Assembly: GCA_018260615.1 (NCBI GenBank)
Contig: JAGWDQ010000008.1
Location: forward strand, 1 to 15,459
Source: Candidatus Altarchaeum sp.
GTDB lineage: Archaea; Altiarchaeota; Altiarchaeia; Altiarchaeales; Altiarchaeaceae
Direction: 5' to 3'
Length of the DNA: 15,459 nt
In this document: piece by piece, positions 1 through 7,086 of the stretch
Layout of the letters: every line of letters starts with the position of its first letter
Position numbering within the stretch: the stretch's first letter is position 1
Notes under the pieces: generated by a model
The model's input: the letters and a program-made list of their open reading frames with translations, nothing else
Told to the model about the DNA's origin: nothing
Database searches by the model: none
Translations under genes and position numbers: made by a program

Positions 1-224
1 GAAAATATCCGAGCAACAGCGAGGTTAGAGAACAATAAAACGAAATTTCCCATACTATAAAAAAATCAGAAGAATATTCACACAAAGCCACAAAGTCACA
101 GAGCAACATTGCCCTTTGTGTCTCCGTGTCTTGGTGCGATTTTCAAAACGCGGAGTTTTTGAAAATATCCGAGCAACAGCGAGGTTAGAGAACAATAAAA
201 CGAAATTTCCCATACGATAAAAAA
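1..224. repeat. Direct repeat, 1-64 and 161-224 (period 160 bp); may extend left of the window
   Basis: GAAAATATCCGAGCAACAGCGAGGTTAGAGAACAATAAAACGAAATTTCCCATAC(T/G)ATAAAAAA is present at 1 and 161, 63/64 identical. Confidence 0.95.
78..139. repeat. Short element with imperfect 26-bp inverted ends built from CAC(A/C)AAGA-like octamers, 10-bp interior
   Basis: Left end TCACACAAAGCCACAAAGTCACAGAG (78-103), right end CTTTGTGTCTCCGTGTCTTGGTGCGA (114-139). Both ends recur in reverse orientation at 2115-2140 and 1765-1790. Confidence 0.8.
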
Positions 225-382
225 CCGAAATTTCATAAGTCATTGGTTTCATTTTTAAATAAATGACTTAAATTTTATTTAAATTTTAAACAAAAATGTC
301 TAAAAAAGGTTATTTTTTAAACTCCAAATTATTATATTGGGATTAATAATTAAAATGTAATTTAAAATTTAAAAAATACAAA

Positions 383-1741
383 ATGGCAGCAATAGAGTTA
401 AAAGGAAAGGCAAAAGGAATCTATGAAAATGTCGTTGAAAAAAATCCCGGACAACCGGAATTTCATCAGGCGGTGAAGGAAGTGCTGGCTTCCATAGAAC
501 CGGCATTAAAGGCACACCCCGAATTTGAAAAAGCAAAAATTGTTGAGCGGCTTGTTGAACCGGAAAGAGTTATTATGTTCCGAGTTCCGTGGGTTGATGA
601 TAACGGAGAAGTGCAGATAAACAGGGGCTACAGAGTTGAATTTAACAGTGCCATAGGGCCATATAAAGGTGGATTAAGGTTACATCCGAAAGTAAATTTA
701 TCCATACTTAAATTTTTGGGCTTTGAACAAATCTTAAAGAATGCTTTAACAACACTTCCGATGGGCGGCGGAAAAGGTGGCAGCGACTTTGATCCGAAAG
801 GAAAGAGCGATAACGAAGTTATGAAATTTTGCCAGTCATTTATGAACGAACTTTACAGGCATATAGGTGCAGATACGGATGTTCCGGCAGGAGATATCGG
901 AGTCGGAGGAAGAGAAATCGGCTACATGTTCGGGCAATATAAAAAATTAACAAATAAATTTGAAAGTGTGCTTACCGGAAAAGGAATTGAATACGGCGGT
1001 TCATTAGTCAGACCGGAAGCAACGGGCTACGGATTGCTTTACTTTGTCAGAGAAATGTTAAAATTAAAGAAAGAAACGGTTAAAGGAAAGGTTGTGGCAA
1101 TTTCCGGCTCCGGAAATGTATCCCAATATGCTGCACAAAAGACAATTCAAATGGGCGGAAAGGTTGTTACACTGTCTGACTCTGCTGGAGTTATACATGA
1201 TGCGGAAGGAATAGATGAAAATAAACTGGCTTATGTAATGGAATTGAAGAATATTAAGCGAGGAAGAATTAAAGAATATGCTGAAAAGTTCGGATGCGAA
1301 TATGAGCCGAATGAAAAGCCGTGGAAATTTAAGTGCGACATTGCGTTACCATCTGCAACACAAAATGAAATTAACAAAGATGATGCAAAGAAGTTAATAA
1401 ATAACGGAGTTATTGCAGTTGGAGAGGGTGCAAATATGCCTTCTACAATTGAAGCAATCGACTTGTTTTTGGCAAATAATGTTCTTTTTGGGCCGGCAAA
1501 AGCAGCGAATGCGGGCGGTGTTGCAACATCAGGTCTTGAAATGTGCCAGAATCGCATTGGCTTGTCATGGACATTTGAAGAAGTTGATGCAAAATTAGAC
1601 GGGATTATGAAAAGTATATTTAACCAGTGTACAACTTCCGCAGAAAAATATGCCAAAGATAAAACAAACCTTGTTGTCGGAGCAAATATAGGAGGATTTA
1701 TGAAGGTTGGAAAGGCGATGCTTGCGCAGGGAATTGTGTAA
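383..1741 (+). CDS. gdhA: NADP-specific-type glutamate dehydrogenase (452 aa)
   Basis: Motifs GPYKGGLRLHP, LPMGGGKGGSDFDPKG, DVPAGDIGVGGREIG, RPEATGYG, GSGNV (Rossmann), EGANMP, KAANAGGVATSGLEM; N-terminus NPGQPEFHQAV typical of the ~450-aa GdhA family. Cofactor specificity is inferred from family. Confidence 0.97.
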   Translation: MAAIELKGKAKGIYENVVEKNPGQPEFHQAVKEVLASIEPALKAHPEFEKAKIVERLVEPERVIMFRVPWVDDNGEVQINRGYRVEFNSAIGPYKGGLRLHPKVNLSILKFLGFEQILKNALTTLPMGGGKGGSDFDPKGKSDNEVMKFCQSFMNELYRHIGADTDVPAGDIGVGGREIGYMFGQYKKLTNKFESVLTGKGIEYGGSLVRPEATGYGLLYFVREMLKLKKETVKGKVVAISGSGNVSQYAAQKTIQMGGKVVTLSDSAGVIHDAEGIDENKLAYVMELKNIKRGRIKEYAEKFGCEYEPNEKPWKFKCDIALPSATQNEINKDDAKKLINNGVIAVGEGANMPSTIEAIDLFLANNVLFGPAKAANAGGVATSGLEMCQNRIGLSWTFEEVDAKLDGIMKSIFNQCTTSAEKYAKDKTNLVVGANIGGFMKVGKAMLAQGIV

Positions 1742-1764
1742 AAGCATATGTTTTCATTGGTCCC

Positions 1765-2140
1765 TCACACCAAGACGCAGAGACGCAAAGGTTATACTGA
1801 AAATCTGTGAGATTTTCAATCTTTAAAAAATAAATTTTTTAAATACTGAAAATCTGTGAGATTTTCAATCTTTAAAAATCTTTGGGATTTTAAAATCATC
1901 TCGCTCTTGCGCGGAAATTTTCAAAATCTGTTGATTTTGAAAATCACCTCACTGCAGTTCAGAGATTTAAAAATTTGTGAAATTTTTAAAGACGCAAAAG
2001 ATGTAATTTTACTGAAAACTATACTGAAAATCTACGAGATTTTCAATCTTTAAAAATACTTCAAGTATTTTTAAATGAGTTTTCAATCTTTAAAAATCTG
2101 TTGATTTTTAAATACTCTGTGGCTTTGTGTCTTTGTGTGA
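1765..2140. mobile_element. MITE/REP-like non-coding element: octamer-based inverted ends enclosing a cluster of AT-rich palindromes
   Basis: Left end TCACACCAAGACGCAGAGACGCAAAG (1765-1790) and right end CTCTGTGGCTTTGTGTCTTTGTGTGA (2115-2140) are 20/26 complementary. The interior has 3 copies of ATACTGAAAATCT-NNN-AGATTTTCAATCTTTAAAAA (1794, 1843, 2021) plus further hairpins. No transposase and no TSD seen, so mobility is inferred. Confidence 0.6.
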
Positions 2141-2195
2141 ATATTTTATTAATTTTTTTATTTTTTTCTAATTATTTGCTTGGTTTTACTAATTA

Positions 2196-2203
2196 TTTAT
2201 ATA
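2196..2203 (+). promoter_or_regulatory. Putative archaeal TATA box of glnA
   Basis: TTTATATA begins 30 nt upstream of ATG 2226, the spacing expected for a leaderless or near-leaderless transcript; no Shine-Dalgarno sequence present. Confidence 0.5.
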
Positions 2204-2225
2204 TTATTTGTTAATTACCTTTAAA

Positions 2226-3566
2226 ATGGAAAAAAATAAAATTGTAGATGAGATAGTCAAAACAATAACCGAAAAGAATATAAAATTTATGCGATTGCAG
2301 TTTTCTGACTTAAATGGTAAAATAAAGAGTTTTGCGGTCTCTACAAAAGAGATTGAAAATATAATTAAAAACGGGCAGTCATTTGACGGCTCTTCGGTTA
2401 CAGGGTTCGGAGATATTGAAGAGTCAGATATGCTCGTAAAGCCGGATGTGAATACATTTGTAACCATACCCTGGAGACCAAAAGAACATGCTTCCGCAAG
2501 AATGATTTGTGATATTTATGTGCCGGACGGAAAGAGATTTGAAGGTGACCCCCGTTACATTGCACAAAAAATTTCCGAAAAGGCAAAAGAGCTCGGATTT
2601 GTGTTTAATTGTGCTCCCGAATATGAATTCTTTATTTTTAAGAAAGAGCCGGTTGCGGAACCGATGGACAGCGGCGGATACTTTGATTATCATCCGGCAG
2701 AAATGGGAGAGGACTTAAGAAGAGAAATGGCAGAAATTGCAGAACATTTCGGGATTGAAATTGAAGTTGCTCATCATGAAGTTGCTCCCGGACAGCATGA
2801 ACTGGATTTTAAGTATGGAAATTTACTTTTAACCGCAGACAGAGCAGTGACACTTAAAGCGATAATTAAAGGGGTTGCAAACAGGCGCGGATATGTCGCA
2901 TCGTTTATGCCAAAGCCGATATTCGGAATTAACGGCTCGGGAATGCATGTTCATCAGAGTTTATGGGACATAAAGGAAAACTGGAATGCTTTTTTTGATA
3001 AAAACAATGACCATGATTATAATCTCTCGGATACGGCTTTACATTTTATAGGAGGACAAATTAAATATACAAAGGAAATGATTGCAATATTGGCATCGTG
3101 GCCAAATTCTTACAAACGACTTGTGCCCGGCTATGAAGCACCGGTTCATATTGCATGGGGTTTTAGGAATCGTTCGCCTTTACTCAGGGTTCCGGATTTT
3201 GGAAAAAGACCAAATGCCGCCAGAGTAGAAATAAGGTGTCCCGACCCTGCGGGAAATACTTATTTGCAGTTAGCAGTTCTGTGTGCAGTTGGCTTACGGG
3301 GAATTAAAGAAAAAATTGCGCCGCCTGAACCCACCGATAAGAATGTTTATAATATGTCATTTAAGGAAAGAAGAGAAAGAGGAATTGATTGTTTACCGGA
3401 TAATCTGGGCTATGCATTAAGAGAATTTGAGAACAGCGAATTAATGAGGGAAATTTTAGGAGATGTTCTTTTTGAAAGTTTTTTGCAGGTTAAAATGAAC
3501 GAATGGGAGGAATACAGCAAACAGATAACTGATTACGAACTTAAAAGATATTTGGAGACATTATAA
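2226..3566 (+). CDS. glnA: Glutamine synthetase type I (GSI-alpha-like size), 446 aa from ATG 2226
   Basis: FDGSS, EYEFF, HHEVAPGQHE, FMPKP..GINGSGMHVHQS, YKRLVPGYEAP, NRSPLLRVP, RVEIRCPDP motifs. ATG 2226 preferred over TTG 2208, which lies in AT-rich intergenic-like sequence. Confidence 0.97.
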   Translation: MEKNKIVDEIVKTITEKNIKFMRLQFSDLNGKIKSFAVSTKEIENIIKNGQSFDGSSVTGFGDIEESDMLVKPDVNTFVTIPWRPKEHASARMICDIYVPDGKRFEGDPRYIAQKISEKAKELGFVFNCAPEYEFFIFKKEPVAEPMDSGGYFDYHPAEMGEDLRREMAEIAEHFGIEIEVAHHEVAPGQHELDFKYGNLLLTADRAVTLKAIIKGVANRRGYVASFMPKPIFGINGSGMHVHQSLWDIKENWNAFFDKNNDHDYNLSDTALHFIGGQIKYTKEMIAILASWPNSYKRLVPGYEAPVHIAWGFRNRSPLLRVPDFGKRPNAARVEIRCPDPAGNTYLQLAVLCAVGLRGIKEKIAPPEPTDKNVYNMSFKERRERGIDCLPDNLGYALREFENSELMREILGDVLFESFLQVKMNEWEEYSKQITDYELKRYLETL

Positions 3567-3765
3567 ATACGGAAGTTTTAAATACTGAAAATCTACGGGA
3601 TTTTCAATCTTTAAAAATCTACAAGATTTTTAAATACTGAAAATTTATAAAATTTTCAATCTTTAAAAATTTATAAAATTTTTTAAATACTGAAAATCTA
3701 CAAGATTTTCAATCTTTAAAATAAATTTTAAATACTAAAAATCTACAAGATTTTTAAATACGGAA
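3564..3765. repeat. Tandem array of palindromic units (52, 53, 45, 26 bp) between glnA and the Lrp gene, bounded by TAAATACGGAA
   Basis: Units start with AAATACT at 3580, 3632, 3685, 3730 and contain TGAAAATCT-ACA-AGATTTTCA-type hairpins. The 11-mer TAAATACGGAA occurs at 3564-3574 and 3755-3765. Confidence 0.92.
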
Positions 3766-4278
3766 ATGAAATGGACAAGAAATGAAAGAAAGGTATTGGG
3801 ATATCTGATTGAAAATGCAAAAATAACCGACAGCGAAATTGCAGAAAAATTACATATAACACCTCAGGCAGTTGGAAAAATAAGAAAAAAATTAGAAACC
3901 AGTGGAGTAATAAAGGGCTATCATGCAGTTGTAGATCTTGAAAAGACAGGCATTAATGTCATCGCTATCGGAATGTTTAAATTTAATATTGACGCATTCG
4001 GCGAATCTGAAAATATCAGGGAAAGTATAGATACGGATATCACAAAACGAATACAAAATCCTTTGATTATAAATTTTTACCGGCTTCCCGAAGGGGATAT
4101 TACGCACATCGTTGTTTACGGATTTAAAACCATTAACGAACTGGATTCTTATTTTCACACACTTCAGGCAAAAAGAGGACATATAAGCGAGCTGAAAAAT
4201 TTATACATACTTTCGGTAAAAAGCATGAAAAAGTCCTCTCCGAATGATTTGCTCGTTAAATTACTCAAGGAGGATTAA
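3766..4278 (+). CDS. Lrp/AsnC family transcriptional regulator
   Basis: N-terminal HTH LIENAKITDSEIAEKLHITPQAVGKIRKKLETSGVIKGYHAVVD with a divergent C-terminal effector domain; 170 aa. Confidence 0.88.
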   Translation: MKWTRNERKVLGYLIENAKITDSEIAEKLHITPQAVGKIRKKLETSGVIKGYHAVVDLEKTGINVIAIGMFKFNIDAFGESENIRESIDTDITKRIQNPLIINFYRLPEGDITHIVVYGFKTINELDSYFHTLQAKRGHISELKNLYILSVKSMKKSSPNDLLVKLLKED

Positions 4279-4291
4279 ATTTTAAATTTAG

Positions 4292-5350
4292 ATGAAATAC
4301 AGAAAATTTTTAAAGAAAATAGATGGAGATAATATTGGCTATGAATCGGCAACTCCTGAAATTGTTGCAAATTTTATTGCCAAAGACATTTCTGAAAGAT
4401 TAGGGTCTTATGCTTCAATTAATATTATTGACTGCTGCTGCGGAATCGGGAGCGATGCGCTCGCACTGTCAAAGGTCTGTAATTTTGTTCTGGCGGTTGA
4501 TAAAAATAAAGAACGACTAAAAATCGCAGAAAAAAATGCGAAAATTTCTCGCTGCAAAAATATAAAATTTATCTGTGCTGATATTTTTGACTTAAATCTT
4601 AAAAATTTAAAGGAAGAATACAAATTAAATGTTGCGTTTGCCGACCCTCAAAGACGGCTAACTGAAAACGGTAAATTTAAACGGACAAGCAATCTCGCAG
4701 AGACATCGCCAAATACAATAAATTTAATAAATTTCCTGCGGACAGAAATTCCGGATATGTGTATTTTAGCGTCTTCCAATGCGGAAGTAAATTTAGACCT
4801 GCCCTGTGAAAAAGCATACATCGGATGGGAAGGCAGGAAAGGTAAAAGAGAGACATTATTGGTTTTGTATTTTGGAAATTTAAAGAGATGCGGTGTAAGT
4901 GCGGTTGTTCTTCCTGCCTGCGCTCAAATTTGCGGAACTAAAAGCGAGACCGAAAATAAAGAAAATTTTTCGGATAAACCTCTAAAATATCTCTATGAAA
5001 TTAAGGACTGCGTTGTGAAGGCAGGACTGCAGAATGAACTGACAAAGTTAACGGAATGCAAAATTTGGACTGAGAAATTTTTGACCTCTGAAAAGATTGC
5101 GGAAAGTAATTTCTTTGAGAACAGATTTAAGCTCCTTGCGGTCTGTGCTCATGAAAATTTGATTGAAAATTTAAAGAAATTTAATGCGGGGAAAATTGTA
5201 ATACGGGGAAAAATAATGCCTGAAGAATATACGAAAATGAAAAATGAGGTTGAAGGTATATTGGCAAAATTTAAGGGAAAAGAGAAAATTCATATATTCC
5301 TGGACGATAAAAGCGATAAAATTTTGATTGGAAAGTGCATTGATTTTTAA
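4292..5350 (+). CDS. Class I SAM-dependent methyltransferase, probably RNA-directed, with a THUMP-like C-terminal region
   Basis: SATPEIVANFIA, motif I IIDCCCGIGSDALAL, AVD (acidic SAM-ribose contact), ICADI, FADPQRR. The substrate is inference. Confidence 0.75.
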   Translation: MKYRKFLKKIDGDNIGYESATPEIVANFIAKDISERLGSYASINIIDCCCGIGSDALALSKVCNFVLAVDKNKERLKIAEKNAKISRCKNIKFICADIFDLNLKNLKEEYKLNVAFADPQRRLTENGKFKRTSNLAETSPNTINLINFLRTEIPDMCILASSNAEVNLDLPCEKAYIGWEGRKGKRETLLVLYFGNLKRCGVSAVVLPACAQICGTKSETENKENFSDKPLKYLYEIKDCVVKAGLQNELTKLTECKIWTEKFLTSEKIAESNFFENRFKLLAVCAHENLIENLKKFNAGKIVIRGKIMPEEYTKMKNEVEGILAKFKGKEKIHIFLDDKSDKILIGKCIDF

Positions 5351-5469
5351 AAATGTCTGAATGTAAGATATTCTTTAAAATTTGATTGAAAAACATCATC
5401 TGCTTCGTTCGGAAATAGCAAAAAATTTACTATAAAAAAACATAATTATTACATTGATTACATTTAAAA

Positions 5470-6429
5470 ATGGATGCTGAAAAAATAAAAAATTTAAAAA
5501 ATTTAAAGGAAAATTTAACCGAAATAATAACCGAAGACGAATTTGACAACCTGAAAGAAGGCAGCGTTGTTTATTGCGGATACGAAACATCCGGCCCATT
5601 TCACATAGGAACTATGACGACTGCATTAAATTTACTACGACTTCAGAATGCCGGATTTAAGGTAAAAATTTTGCTCGCCGATGTTCATACGAAACTGAAC
5701 TGTAAAGGCGATGCTCAGTTTATTGAAGAAATGGTTAATTACTGGAAAAAATGCTTCGTTGCTCTCGGATTGAAAGATGCGGAATTTGTTTGCGGCTCTG
5801 AGTTTCAGTTTGAAACGGCTTACATAAAAGATGTATTAACACTGGGCTTACAGATTACGGTAGATAGAGCAAAGAGAAGTATGCAGGAAGTGGCAAGAGA
5901 CCTTGAAAATGCGAAGGTTTCACAGATGATTTATCCGCTTATGCAGATTGCAGACATGAAGGCATTAAAGGTTGATGTTGCTTACGGCGGATTAGAGCAG
6001 AGAAAAATTCACATGTTAGCGAGGGAAATTTTGCCAACGATTTATAAAAATATTGTATTTGTCCATAGTCCTTTAATCGTATCTCTTTTAGGACCCGGTT
6101 CAAAGATGTCAAGCAGCAAGCCGGAAACGATGATAAAGATTGACGAAGAGCCGGAAGTAATAAAGAAAAAAATTTCATCCGCATATTGTCCAATATCAAC
6201 AGAAGACAATCCGGTTTTACAAATTTGTAAATTTATAATATTTTCAAAGACGGCTAAATTTGAAGTAAAAAGGTTAACAAAATTCGGCGGAAATCTGGAA
6301 TTTGATAATTATGGGGAGTTAGAGGATGCGTTTATAAACAAAAAATTACATCCTGCCGATTTAAAGAGTGCAACAGCAGAAAATCTGATTGAAATTTTAA
6401 ATCCTGTAAGAGAGGAAATAAAGAAATAA
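5470..6429 (+). CDS. tyrS: Tyrosine--tRNA ligase, archaeal type
   Basis: YCGYETSGPFHIG (HIGH-like), LLADVH, YPLMQIAD, GGLEQRKIHMLARE, KMSSS, KISSAYCP, LHPADLK. Confidence 0.97.
   Translation: MDAEKIKNLKNLKENLTEIITEDEFDNLKEGSVVYCGYETSGPFHIGTMTTALNLLRLQNAGFKVKILLADVHTKLNCKGDAQFIEEMVNYWKKCFVALGLKDAEFVCGSEFQFETAYIKDVLTLGLQITVDRAKRSMQEVARDLENAKVSQMIYPLMQIADMKALKVDVAYGGLEQRKIHMLAREILPTIYKNIVFVHSPLIVSLLGPGSKMSSSKPETMIKIDEEPEVIKKKISSAYCPISTEDNPVLQICKFIIFSKTAKFEVKRLTKFGGNLEFDNYGELEDAFINKKLHPADLKSATAENLIEILNPVREEIKK
6388..6422 (+). repeat. att-like 35-bp direct repeat, copy 1 (inside tyrS 3' end)
   Basis: ATTGAAATTTTAAATCCTGTAAGAGAGGAAATAAA, identical to 8166-8200. Confidence 0.95.
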
Positions 6430-6455
6430 AAATTTAAGGTTAAATTTTATAAAAA

Positions 6456-7076
6456 ATGAAAATTTACAGCTTCGGTCATGGTGCTCAACCATTTGATGAA
6501 TTTTTAAATAAAATAAATCAGGCAAAGATTAATATAATATTTGATATGAGAGAAAGACCTTTTTCAAGATATTACCCTTATTTTAACCGAAAGGCGTTAG
6601 AAAAGAAATTAGGAGAAAAATATGTATTTGCAGGTGGTTTTTTAGGAGGCAGCTCAAATTTTCATAATGACCTGTTAGAATATATGGAAAACAAGGGAAA
6701 AAATTTAACTCCTGAAAACAGATTATCTTCTTTAATTGATGAAAAAACAAGGGAAAAAATATTTTCTAAAAATATGAATTTTTCAAATGACGAAAAAAGG
6801 AAAGAGTGGATTACAGAAAATTTTCTAAAATTTTACATCCCCCCTCAAAGACGCCAACAAGCCATTAATTTTTTAAAAGAAAAGGTATTTACAAAAGAAA
6901 ATGAGGATAAGATTATTTGTTTTTTGTGCTCTGAAAAAAATTATAAATTTTGCCACAGATATTATTTGTTAGAGGAGGACTGGTTAAAGGAATTTCCACA
7001 GGTTAAAGAGGTTTTTCATTTGGGAGAACAATTATGCAAAACGATAAACAAAGAACACCTCTTAAACAATTATTAA
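6456..7076 (+). CDS. DUF488 family protein
   Basis: IYSFGHG..F.EF, IFDMRERPFSRYYPYFNRKAL, Y...G.LGG, and CFLCSEKNYKFCHRYYL (C.E....CHR signature of DUF488). Confidence 0.88.
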   Translation: MKIYSFGHGAQPFDEFLNKINQAKINIIFDMRERPFSRYYPYFNRKALEKKLGEKYVFAGGFLGGSSNFHNDLLEYMENKGKNLTPENRLSSLIDEKTREKIFSKNMNFSNDEKRKEWITENFLKFYIPPQRRQQAINFLKEKVFTKENEDKIICFLCSEKNYKFCHRYYLLEEDWLKEFPQVKEVFHLGEQLCKTINKEHLLNNY

Positions 7077-7086
7077 TAGTAGGGAA

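Noticed and set aside
55-252. 65-aa minus-strand ORF
   Set aside because: It runs through the repeat element and hairpin and has no recognisable motif.
240-382. Specific gdhA promoter or NrpR operator
   Set aside because: The region is so AT-rich that several TATA-like matches are equally plausible, and no GGAA-N6-TTCC was seen.
1794-2112. CRISPR array, or the 65-aa ORF at 1856-2053
   Set aside because: Spacing is irregular and the 'spacers' are themselves palindrome variants; the ORF is a translation of the repeats (F/K/I/L-rich).
1755-2150. Target-site duplication for the 1765-2140 element
   Set aside because: The flanks (TTGGTCCC / ATATTTTA) do not match, so classical DDE transposition is not supported.
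3580-3755. CRISPR array
   Set aside because: Units abut with only 3-nt variable loops; there are no unique 25-45-bp spacers and no cas genes in the window.
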